DNA from: an uncultured virus (IMG/VR IMGVR_UViG_3300020281_001556)
Taxonomy: Duplodnaviria > Heunggongvirae > Uroviricota > Caudoviricetes
Direction: 5' to 3' (one strand)
IMG/VR virus record: IMGVR_UViG_3300020281_001556
DNA: 64,000 nt
The notes under the pieces were generated by a model. That model did no database searches, was not told where the DNA came from, and saw only the letters and a list, made by a program, of their open reading frames with translations. Positions 7,784 through 17,900 of this stretch are shown piece by piece (positions within the stretch are counted from its first letter, which is position 1; every line of letters begins with the position of its first letter). The translations under genes and the position numbers were made by a program.

Positions 7784-10527
7784 TGGCGCAGATTAAAAGA
7801 ACAGTAGGAGTACCCCAAAAGAAAATGCCACCTGGTCCGTTTGTGGCCAAGGTAATAAGTCATCTTGATCCAAGAAGAATGGGAACACTACAGGTACAAC
7901 TTCTCAGTGACATTGTAAGTGGGAATGACAAAGACGAACCTGGACAATTATTTAATGCAAGATACTGCACTCCTTTTTATGGTGTAAACAATGTGCAGAG
8001 CAATGGTAAAAATCAAACATATCAAGAAAGCCAACAGAGTTATGGATTCTGGGCAGTACCACCTGATCCAGGCACAAAGGTGCTTGTAATATTCGCTGAA
8101 GGACAAGCTAATCAGTGTTACTGGATAGGTTGTATTCAAGATGAATACATGAATTACATGGTGCCTGATGGCCGGGCAACAAAAGACGCTTCAAGAATAC
8201 ACCAAGACACTGTGCCTAAGGATTACAAAGGTATGGAACTACCAGTTGGAGAATACAATAAAAAAATTACCACAGCCACTACAGCAAATCCAAGCGACTT
8301 TGAACATCCATACAATCCTAATTTTACAAACAAGTTGGCAACACAAGGTCTATTGGAAGACAAAATTAGAGGGCTTACAACAAGCAGTGCAAGGAGAGAT
8401 ATTCCTAATACAGTGTATGGATGGAATACTCCAGGTCCTTTAGATAAAAGAGATGGCGCACCTAAGGGTACTTATGGACCAGTAGGAGAATCAGTTCAAC
8501 TGCATAGGAGTAGATTAGGAGGATCTAGCATTGTAATGGATGACGGTGATCCAGAAGTGTTTAGAGAACAAGCTCCTTTTGAAGCTCCGTCAAACTATAG
8601 AGACATAGGCACAAATCCCAATGAGCTTGACAAGGTAAATCAAGAGTATCCTTTCAATGAGCTTACACGAATAAGAACAAGGACTGGACATCAAATTCTT
8701 TTACATAACTCTGAAGATTTAATTTACATAGGTAATGGTAGAGGCACTGCTTGGGTAGAATTAACTTCAAATGGTAAAATAGATGTTTACGCAAAGGATA
8801 GTATCAACTTTAGAACTGAAACTGATTTAAACATAAAAGCTGATAGAGATATAAACATAGAATCAGGAAAAGATATTCATATTACAGCTGGAAGAAATTA
8901 CAAATTAAATGTTAATAATGATAGAGATGTTAAAACAGGAAAAAATGAAACAACATTTGTTGGTTCAAACAAAAATGAATGGACAGGAGACAATCATGTT
9001 GTAGCAGTAGGTGGCGATGAAGATATTCAAATCAAAGGCACACAACGTTCTACTATACTTGGAGATTACAATCTACAGGTCAACCAAGATGGACATATTG
9101 CAATAAACGCCAACCTACATAGTAAAGTTGTAGGAGATGTAAGACACACAGTCAATGGTGCTTTTAATTTAAACACAGTAGGTGATAACAAATTGACAAG
9201 TGGTGCAAACACACAAATTAAAAGTGGCACTGACACAAAGATAGATTCAACAAGGAACACATCTGTGTTGTCCGGGGTGGTACACAAAGAAACTGCTTCG
9301 CAGATACATATGAATACTGCGGCTTTTACAGCAGGAACTTCCGATACAGCAGATTCAATAGGCGATACATTTACGAAGTCAGCTACAGACCAAGCTGTAG
9401 ACGATGCAGATCAAATATTAGATAAAGATGGTAATCCCATAGATGGTTTAAAAGTTACAGCCGATGCAAACAGGGCCTTAGTGGCACAAGATGCTTCACG
9501 TCCTAGACGTATACCTAAACATGAACCATGGGAAGGTCACGAAAACTTCAATCCTGCAGGACATTTTCCAAGTGCAACAGCGGCGATTCAGTCGCCAAGC
9601 CCTGAAGTGAGAACACAATCACCTTTACTAGATAAGGATAGTGACATACCTGACTATAGTGAAACATCAGGAATATACAATGCACAAGATCCTTACATTA
9701 CTAATGCTGAAGGACAAAGAGTAAAAGAAGAATTTGATATAAACAAAGTTTCTTCTAAAAATACAGATAACTCAGCTGGTAATCAGCCTGCGGATCCAGT
9801 ACCAGTATCTGATATGAAAAGATATATGTTGGACCAACTAATCAAAGGACTTGGTTTAGATCCTGCAACTTGTTTACAATCAGCCAATCCTGCAGATTTA
9901 CCAGCAGGAGCAACACCGGGTAATGCTCAAGCACTTGCAATGGCACTTGCCCAGGTACAAAAAGAATGTAACTTTGAACCTAGATCCGAGAATATGAATT
10001 ACAGAGTGTCAACACTACAGCGTGTGTGGCCAAACAGATTCGGCGGCGCGGCAGGTAAGAGAAAAGCAGAGGCACTTGTTGCCGCTGGTCCACCAGCTAT
10101 AGCAAATTCAGTTTATGGAAACAGAATGGGCAACGGAGGTCCTGAAACAGGAGATGGATTTAGATATAGAGGTAGAGGATTAATTCAAATTACCGGAACA
10201 TTTAATTATAAGAAATATGGCAAACTTGCAGGAGTTGATATTTACAACAATCCTGATACAGCAAATGATCCAGAAATTGCAACAAAAATTGCAGTTGCAT
10301 ATCTCAAGAGTAAAACAGTAACTTGGACAGATTTTAATTTTGGTTCATTAGGCACACAGTTTCAAAAGGCAGTTGGATATGCCGGCGGACAAGCAAACAC
10401 TAATGACAGGATTGGATTAGGAAAAGGTTTCTACAATCAAATTATTGCAGGAGAACTTACGCCTCTTGCCAGTCTTACTAAAACAGAACCTATCGACGTA
10501 GGTGCTGGGAAATCGCAGGTACAATAA
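7783..10527 (+). CDS. gp5: Baseplate central spike gp5/VgrG-like with C-terminal GH19 lysozyme domain
   Basis: OB-fold (DPRRMG..QV, SYGFWAVPPDPGTKVLVIF), RTRTGHQILL, beta-helix repeats, then GH19 motif GDGFRYRGRGLIQITGTFNY. Confidence 0.88.
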   Translation: MAQIKRTVGVPQKKMPPGPFVAKVISHLDPRRMGTLQVQLLSDIVSGNDKDEPGQLFNARYCTPFYGVNNVQSNGKNQTYQESQQSYGFWAVPPDPGTKVLVIFAEGQANQCYWIGCIQDEYMNYMVPDGRATKDASRIHQDTVPKDYKGMELPVGEYNKKITTATTANPSDFEHPYNPNFTNKLATQGLLEDKIRGLTTSSARRDIPNTVYGWNTPGPLDKRDGAPKGTYGPVGESVQLHRSRLGGSSIVMDDGDPEVFREQAPFEAPSNYRDIGTNPNELDKVNQEYPFNELTRIRTRTGHQILLHNSEDLIYIGNGRGTAWVELTSNGKIDVYAKDSINFRTETDLNIKADRDINIESGKDIHITAGRNYKLNVNNDRDVKTGKNETTFVGSNKNEWTGDNHVVAVGGDEDIQIKGTQRSTILGDYNLQVNQDGHIAINANLHSKVVGDVRHTVNGAFNLNTVGDNKLTSGANTQIKSGTDTKIDSTRNTSVLSGVVHKETASQIHMNTAAFTAGTSDTADSIGDTFTKSATDQAVDDADQILDKDGNPIDGLKVTADANRALVAQDASRPRRIPKHEPWEGHENFNPAGHFPSATAAIQSPSPEVRTQSPLLDKDSDIPDYSETSGIYNAQDPYITNAEGQRVKEEFDINKVSSKNTDNSAGNQPADPVPVSDMKRYMLDQLIKGLGLDPATCLQSANPADLPAGATPGNAQALAMALAQVQKECNFEPRSENMNYRVSTLQRVWPNRFGGAAGKRKAEALVAAGPPAIANSVYGNRMGNGGPETGDGFRYRGRGLIQITGTFNYKKYGKLAGVDIYNNPDTANDPEIATKIAVAYLKSKTVTWTDFNFGSLGTQFQKAVGYAGGQANTNDRIGLGKGFYNQIIAGELTPLASLTKTEPIDVGAGKSQVQ

Positions 10528-10841
10528 TGGCACTTAAAGTTTGTAGAGTAACAGATCCACTAAACACAGGACATGGATGCGATAGTACAACTACTCTTGC
10601 TACTCCAAGTCAATCTACAGTATTTGCTGAAGGTCTGTTGGTTTCTAGAAAAACAGATCCAACTGTTAGCCACGAGATACCTAGTGGTGATGAGTGTGGT
10701 TCACACACTGCACAAGTAAATGTAGGAGATCAAACAGTGTTTACAGTTGGTTTACCTACAGCAAGAGTAACAGATTCTACAGATAGCGGAGCAATGACAG
10801 ATGGTGCTTCCACAGTTTTTGCCCAAGGACCAGCAGGATAA
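10527..10841 (+). CDS. PAAR-like spike tip protein (gp5.4-like)
   Basis: 104 aa with repeated CRVTD/SRKTD/ARVTD units, His/Cys metal ligands (TGHGC, SH) and STVFA; follows gp5. Confidence 0.85.
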   Translation: MALKVCRVTDPLNTGHGCDSTTTLATPSQSTVFAEGLLVSRKTDPTVSHEIPSGDECGSHTAQVNVGDQTVFTVGLPTARVTDSTDSGAMTDGASTVFAQGPAG

Positions 10842-10844
10842 ATA
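10837..10844 (+). promoter_or_regulatory. Putative late promoter GATAAATA
   Basis: 7/8 match to T4 TATAAATA, 5 nt before the gp25 ATG. Confidence 0.55.
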
Positions 10845-10849
10845 TTGAT

Positions 10850-11284
10850 ATGGCAGATAATTTATACAAAGAAGTTTCGATAAAAGCAAAAAAGGAAACA
10901 AAACCTCCTGTAGCACAGCGTTCATATCGTGGCTTTTCAACAGTTAATCCTGAAAGCACAACATTTCAGCTGTTTGATCTTGCACTTATAAAACAGGATC
11001 TCATAAACCATTTCAATATAAGACAGGGCGAAAAGTTAAGTGATCCTACTTTCGGATGTATTATCTGGGACGCTCTTTTTGAACCTTTGACAGTAGATCT
11101 TAGAGATGCCATTACAGCAAATGTTACAAATATAGTTAATTTTGATCCAAGGACAGCGGCTACAGATGTTAAAGTAAGCGAGTTTGAACACGGTTTACAA
11201 ATAGAATGCACTCTTACGTATCTTCAGTACAACATCAGCGAAAACCTACAGCTAAAATTTGACAAAGAAGTCGGTATTCTGTGA
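10850..11284 (+). CDS. gp25: Baseplate wedge protein gp25
   Basis: LIKQDLINHFNIRQGEKLSDPTFGCIIWDALFEP...FDPR is the GPW/gp25 family signature. Confidence 0.92.
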   Translation: MADNLYKEVSIKAKKETKPPVAQRSYRGFSTVNPESTTFQLFDLALIKQDLINHFNIRQGEKLSDPTFGCIIWDALFEPLTVDLRDAITANVTNIVNFDPRTAATDVKVSEFEHGLQIECTLTYLQYNISENLQLKFDKEVGIL

Positions 11285-11313
11285 TAGAATTAACTACTAG
11301 TATAATTTAAAAT

Positions 11314-11321
11314 CATAAATA
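11314..11321 (+). promoter_or_regulatory. Putative late promoter CATAAATA
   Basis: Intergenic, upstream of gp6 and its AAGGA RBS. Confidence 0.6.
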
Positions 11322-11347
11322 CTGTTAGTTTAGTTAAAGGATAAAAC

Positions 11348-14300
11348 ATGTCATCTACTGACAGACAAAATAGATTATTATTAGCAGAAGATTGGTCAAA
11401 GATATACCAAAGTTTTAGAAACGCAGAGTTTCAAAGCTATGATTTTGACACTTTAAGACGTGCTATGATCAATTACCTCAGAAGAAATTATCCTGAGGAT
11501 TTCAACGATTACATCAATACATCAGAATACCTTGCAATGATTGATATGATTGCCTTTTTAGGGCAAAACATTTCATATAGGGTTGATCTAAATGCAAGAG
11601 AAAATTATTTAGAATTAGCAGAGCGTAGAGAATCTGTGCTACGTTTAGCAAGATTACTTTCTTATAACGCAAAACGTAATCAAGCCGCAAATGGTTTATT
11701 GAAATTTGAATCAGTAAGCACTACAGAATCTATAGTTGATAGTAATGGTACAAATCTTGCAGATCAGACAGTAACTTGGAATGATCCTTCTAATTCAAAT
11801 TGGACAGAACAATTTAGAAGAATACTTAATGCCGCTTTACCAGAGAATAATATTATTGGTAAGCCAGGTAAGACAGCCGTGTTAAACGGAGTTCTTAATC
11901 AAACCTATAGATTTACTCAAAGAACATCTGATGTCCCCGTGTTTAGTTTCAGTAAAGGAGTAGGCGGAGTGCCTACTACATTTGAAGTTGTTTCAACTGA
12001 TTTAAATTTAGACAAAAAAATTATACAAGAAGAAATTCCGTTACCTGGAAACCAACTTTCATTTTTATATAGAGAAGATGGAAGAGGAAACGGTAGTAGT
12101 AACACAGGATATTTTGTACATTTCAGACAAGGTAGTTTACAAAATGGAGATTTTTCATTAAACAGCCCATCTGCTAATCAGAGAGTAAACATCGAAGCAG
12201 AAAACATAAATGATTCTGATGTTTGGCTTTACAAATTAGATACCACAGGTAACATTTCTAAAATTTGGACAAAGGTAGATTCTATAGAAGGTAACAATGC
12301 AATCTACAATAGTCTAAACAAAGGCGTGAGAGATTTTTACGTAGTTCAAACTAGAAAGAATGATGAAATAAGTTTAGTATTTGCAGACGGCACATTTGGT
12401 AATATTCCTAATGGTAACTTTAGGTCATTTTATCGTGTGAGTGCAAATAGATCAATGAACATAAAACCTGAAGAACTTACTGATATAAAATTAACAATTG
12501 ATTACACAAGTAAAGCAGGAAAACTTGAAACTCTTACAATGGGTTTAGAGCTTAAAGATGCTGTAACAAATGCAAGTAGATCAGAATCAACACCAAGCAT
12601 TAGACAAAATGCACCACAAACATATTATACACAAAACAGAATGATTACTGCTGAAGATTATAATATTGCTCCGTTGACTTCAAGTCAAGAGATTATAAAA
12701 GTAAAATCATCAAATAGAATAGCAAGTGGTATTAGTAGATATTTTGATTTAAAAGATGTTACTGGAAAATACAGTAGCACAAACCTATATGGTTCTGATG
12801 GTGTATTGTATAGAGAGAGCTATACTGCAAAACAAAATTTTTCTTTTTCAACACAAACAGATATCGAAGGAGCAATTGAAAACCAAGTTATACCTATAAT
12901 ACAAAGTAGAGCAATTAGTAATTTTTACTTTAGCAACTATGCAAAAATTATTGTTAGTGATCTTAATGCTCGTTGGAAACAAAGTACAAAATCAACAAAT
13001 AGATCAACAGGTTTACTACAAAATGTTAGTGACACAGCATATCAAGTTGGCATATTTACAGGCGGTTCATTAAAATATGTTGAAGCAGGAGCATTACTTA
13101 AATTTAAACCACCAGCAGGATTTTATTTTATAGGTAATGGAGAGTTGACAAGTGATGCCACAGCCAAAGGTGCAAGTGCTTACAAATGGGTGAAAGTGAT
13201 CAGTGTTACAGGATCTGGAACAAGTGAAGACACAACTACGGGGGAAGGTCCTATTGTCTTTAATGAAATACTTCCTGCAGACAGTGTGTTAGAGGAAGTA
13301 AAACCTAAACTAGTTAAAGATGTAGCGAGTGATGTTCGTTTACAGATTATTGATCAGGTGTTTGCATACAAAACATTTGGCCTACGTTATGATCAAATAA
13401 ACAGAATTTGGCGTGTGATTATAAATGAAAATCTTAACACAAAGGATGTTTTCAGTAATGGTAAGACTGGTGATGTAACAAACAACCAATTAGATGCAAG
13501 TTGGATTATCCTATTTGAAACAGATGGAGAAAAGTATACTATTACTAATAGAGGACTTCGGTACATATTTGAGAGTGATAAAGAGCTTACATTCTATTAC
13601 GACAGTCAGAACAAAATATATGACTCTGCTACAGGACAACTTGTGAAAGATAAAGTTAGTATTATGAACTTTAACACACAGCCTGACGCACTATCAAATT
13701 TTAACAATGATATTAATTGGGAAATTGTAAAAGAATATAGAAATGCTGATGGTTATATTAACAGTAAAAAAGTAGAAGTAAGTTTCTTTGATTTAAATGA
13801 TGATGGTTCAGTAGATGATCCAGATATTTTCGATGTTGTGGTTGACCCAGTTACAAATACTAATACCAAGTATGTGTTCTTTAAAAAAGAACTTACAAAT
13901 CAAGGATTTAATATTTACAATTATTATGCAGGCGGTTCTGAAATTTTAGTCAAGTCTACAGAAACAGAAATAGGAGCTTACTCGCAATATACAACGGATC
14001 CACAGGTATTTTACATTGTAGATCAAAATAACTTTAAAATTCTTTCTGGAGGTGCTTTAAGTTTATCAAGTGATTATATTGCACACATTGGTAGAGATAA
14101 TTTAAAATTTCATTATGTACACAGTGCAAATGAGTCAAATAGAATTGATCCAAGCGTCAGTAATATAGTTGATGTGTACTTATTAACTAGAACTTATGAT
14201 ACTAATTTTAGAAAATTTTTGGCAGGCAATTTATCAACGAAACCATTGCCGCCAAGTAGTGATGCATTGTTTCAACAGTACGGACAAAATATAAATTTAA

Positions 14301-14938
14301 TAAAATCAATTAGTGATGAAGTAATTTATCATCCTGTTAAGTATAAAGTGTTGTTCGGATCAAATGCTGATGAAAGTTTACAAGCTACGTTCAAGGTAGT
14401 TAAAAATACAGAAAATGTTGTCAATGATAACGATGTTAAAGTTAGGATTATTCAAGCAATTAATCAATATTTTGCATTGACAAATTGGGAGTTTGGCGAA
14501 ACATTTCATTTTACAGAATTAGCAACCTACGTAATGAATACACTTGCACCAGATATTGTTAACTTTATTATTGTACCAAAACAAGGTACACAAAGTTTTG
14601 GAAGTCTTTTTGAAATAAAAAGCGAAAATGATGAAATATTTGTAAGTGATGCAAAAGTGCAAGACGTAGAAGTAATTGATTCAATAACAGCTTCAAGAAT
14701 TCAAGCCGCAGGAAATGTTATTACACAATCATCTACATCTTCTAACGTAGGAATTCAAAGTCAAGCATTGACTGTAACCTCCACATCTGCTACAACAACC
14801 ACAACCTCTACTACAACAAGTTCAACAAGTTCAACCAGTTCAACAAGTAGTAGCAGTGGTTCTTCCGGATCATCAGGTTCAGGTGGTTCTTCCGGATCAG
14901 GAGGGGGTTCTAGCGGCGGTGGAGGCTACGGTTACTAA
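11348..14938 (+). CDS. gp6: Baseplate wedge protein gp6-like (baseplate J family)
   Basis: YDFDTLR...FNDY...E YLELAERRESVLRLARLLSYN; FADGTFGNIP; IRQNAPQTYYTQNRMITAEDY; follows gp25. Confidence 0.88.
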   Translation: MSSTDRQNRLLLAEDWSKIYQSFRNAEFQSYDFDTLRRAMINYLRRNYPEDFNDYINTSEYLAMIDMIAFLGQNISYRVDLNARENYLELAERRESVLRLARLLSYNAKRNQAANGLLKFESVSTTESIVDSNGTNLADQTVTWNDPSNSNWTEQFRRILNAALPENNIIGKPGKTAVLNGVLNQTYRFTQRTSDVPVFSFSKGVGGVPTTFEVVSTDLNLDKKIIQEEIPLPGNQLSFLYREDGRGNGSSNTGYFVHFRQGSLQNGDFSLNSPSANQRVNIEAENINDSDVWLYKLDTTGNISKIWTKVDSIEGNNAIYNSLNKGVRDFYVVQTRKNDEISLVFADGTFGNIPNGNFRSFYRVSANRSMNIKPEELTDIKLTIDYTSKAGKLETLTMGLELKDAVTNASRSESTPSIRQNAPQTYYTQNRMITAEDYNIAPLTSSQEIIKVKSSNRIASGISRYFDLKDVTGKYSSTNLYGSDGVLYRESYTAKQNFSFSTQTDIEGAIENQVIPIIQSRAISNFYFSNYAKIIVSDLNARWKQSTKSTNRSTGLLQNVSDTAYQVGIFTGGSLKYVEAGALLKFKPPAGFYFIGNGELTSDATAKGASAYKWVKVISVTGSGTSEDTTTGEGPIVFNEILPADSVLEEVKPKLVKDVASDVRLQIIDQVFAYKTFGLRYDQINRIWRVIINENLNTKDVFSNGKTGDVTNNQLDASWIILFETDGEKYTITNRGLRYIFESDKELTFYYDSQNKIYDSATGQLVKDKVSIMNFNTQPDALSNFNNDINWEIVKEYRNADGYINSKKVEVSFFDLNDDGSVDDPDIFDVVVDPVTNTNTKYVFFKKELTNQGFNIYNYYAGGSEILVKSTETEIGAYSQYTTDPQVFYIVDQNNFKILSGGALSLSSDYIAHIGRDNLKFHYVHSANESNRIDPSVSNIVDVYLLTRTYDTNFRKFLAGNLSTKPLPPSSDALFQQYGQNINLIKSISDEVIYHPVKYKVLFGSNADESLQATFKVVKNTENVVNDNDVKVRIIQAINQYFALTNWEFGETFHFTELATYVMNTLAPDIVNFIIVPKQGTQSFGSLFEIKSENDEIFVSDAKVQDVEVIDSITASRIQAAGNVITQSSTSSNVGIQSQALTVTSTSATTTTTSTTTSSTSSTSSTSSSSGSSGSSGSGGSSGSGGGSSGGGGYGY
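14770..14935 (+). repeat. Low-complexity Thr/Ser then Ser/Gly coding tract at the gp6 C-terminus
   Basis: TSTSATTTTTSTTTSSTSSTSSTSSSSGSSGSSGSGGSSGSGGGSSGGGGYGY; includes tandem ACAAGTTCA-like units. Confidence 0.9.
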
Positions 14939-17900
14939 TGGCTCAAGACGAAAATCCAATCGAAACTGGTCCTAACGCAAAAAGAAGAACTGCGGACCTA
15001 CTTCCAAGATATTTCCGGACAACTGCGAATAAAAAGTTTTTAAGTAGCACATTAGACCAAATGATGCAACCAGGTGTTGTAGAAAAGGTTGATGGATTCA
15101 TTGGAAGAAGAGATGCCAAGGCATGGACAGCATCTGATAATTATGTAGCTGATGTTTCTAATGATAGAGAAGCATATCAGTTAGAACCTGTTGCAACTGT
15201 AACAGATGATCTAGGAAATATTACATTTTACAAAGATTATAGAGATTATGTCAATAGTTGTAAAATAAGAAATGCAGATGTAACCGATCATAGTAAATTA
15301 TCCAGTCAAGAATATTACGCTTGGGATCCACATATTGATTGGGACAAATTCGTAAACTTTAGAGAGTATTATTGGCTTCCAACAGGACCTACAAGTATTC
15401 CAGTATATGGCTCATCAAGAGAAATACAGAGTACCTTTAGTGTTACAAAACAAAGTAATACAGATAATGATAGTTATCTATTTTCTGATGAAGTAGCAGT
15501 TAGCAATCCTACACTTACATTGTATAGAGGACAATCATACATTTTTGATATTGATGCAGTAGACATGCCGTTTACTATAAGAACAAGTGCTGACAATACA
15601 AGTGATAGTAACATTTACACAAAAGGTGTTTCTAATCAAAACATAGACAGCGGTCAAGTAACTTGGGATATCGATCTTGAAACTCCTGATACTTTATATT
15701 ATGTCAATTCAAATGATATAGAAGCGACTGGTTTAATTGTAATTAAGGATATTCGAGATAACACCTTTATAGATGTAGCACAGGATATACTTGATAAAAA
15801 AACATACAAAATGCAAAATGGATACGAATTATCCAACGGCATGAAGTTAGAATTTTTTGGTAATGTAACTCCAGAAAAATACGGCACAGGAAAATGGTAC
15901 GTAGAAGGTGTAGGAAAATCTATAAAACTTATTAGCGAAGAAGATTTGGTAATTAGTGCATCTTATCTTTCTGACGTTGCTACAAAGTTTGATGCAAATG
16001 ATTTTGATGCTCTACCATTTGACGATGCTATTTCATATTCTAACGTAAAAGATTATATTGTAATTAACAAAGCATCTAAAGATAGAAACCAATGGTCAAG
16101 AAATAATTTATGGACACACAAATCTGTTATAGAAACCACTGCAAAAATTAATGATGTAGAAGTTTCTATAGATCAAAACTTTAGAGCCACTAGGCCTATC
16201 ATAGAATTTGAATCAGGTTTAAAGTTATATAACTTTGGTACAGAAGCAAAACAAAGTGTGGATCTTATCGATACGGTCACGAAAGATGTATTTTCCGAAA
16301 TTGAAGGACAAGCTGGTTATTTTGTAGATGGTATAGAATTAGTATCTGGTATGCGTGTGTTGTTTACAGCAGATCCTGACAGTTTTGTTGCTGGTAAAAT
16401 TTATGAAGTAAACTTTATTACACAAAATAATGTAAGGCAAATTGCTCTTAAGGAAACAACAGATACCACACCATTAACTAATGAAACAATTCTTGTTACA
16501 GCAGGAACAAAAAACAAAGGTAAAATTTTCTGGTATGACGGAAATAGCTGGTTAGCTGGGCAAGATAAATCACAAACTAATCAAGCACCATTGTTTGATT
16601 TGTATAACGACTCTAATACTGCTTTATCAGATCTCTCCTCTAGTACATTTAGGGGTAATAAAGTGTTTAGCTACAAGGTTGGTACAGGTATAGCTGACAC
16701 AGAATTAGGTTTTGCTTTATCTTATAGAACAATCGAGAATAGTGGTGACATAACATTTGACTTTAACCTATTAAGCGATACTTACCAATATGAAGATGTG
16801 GCAGATGTTGTCACTGTCAGTACTGACACAGCATTGCTACGAAGATATCGATCAAGAGAAGTATTTGATAGTGTGTCTGGATGGACAACTGCTAACACAA
16901 AATCTGTTCAGCCAGTGATAAAACAAATTACAACAGGACCGAGAACAAATAATTTTATTATTGATCAATATAGAAACAGTGGCGATTTAAATGATTTAAC
17001 GTGTAAAGTATATGTCAACAATGATAGAAAATATGCCAATATAGATTATGAAATTGATAGAATAAACAACTATGCTTACATTAGATTCTACAATGATCTA
17101 GCTGAAGATCAAAAAGTTGTTTTAAAAACAACAAGTTCAGCTCCAAAGAATAACATAGGTTATTATGAATTTCCTGTTAACTTTGAAAAGAATCCTATGA
17201 ATGAAAATATTACTTCATTTACTTTAGGAGAAGTAAGCGATCACGTTGACAGTATTGTTGATAATCAACCTTCTTTTGCAGGAGTATTTCCAGGAGTCAG
17301 TAATTTACGAGATCTAGGAGATGTTTCTAAATTTGGTTTAAAATTTGTACAACATTCTGGACCAATTAACCTTGCTATTGTAAACTTGACCGATAAAGAT
17401 TACAACATGGTGGAGGCAATAAAATTTGCTGGAGAAGAATACATAAAGTTCAAGAGAGAATTTTTAAGAACAGCAAACGATTTAGGTTTCGAATCATTTG
17501 ATAAGGCTCATGTTGACAAAGTATTGTTAACAATGATGAATGATAAAACAAGTTCCGATCCGTTTTATTTTAGTGATATGGTTCCGTTCGGAGGCGACAC
17601 TGTACAAGAAATAGAAATAGAAGATAGTTCACAAACAATTTTTGCTTTGACTAGAACAATTAATTTCGAAGAATTAAATGAAAAGGCAATTTTAATATAT
17701 TTAGACGATCAACAGCTCATCAAGGATAAAGATTATACAATTAGCACTGACGGATTTATGCAGTTGATCAAAAAGGTAGCAGGTGGAGAAAAACTAAAGA
17801 TTTATGAATTTGAAACAACTGATGGTTGTTGGATAGCTCCTACACCAACTAAACTTGGATTGTATCCAAAGTTCGAACCACAAATTTATTTAGATGATAC

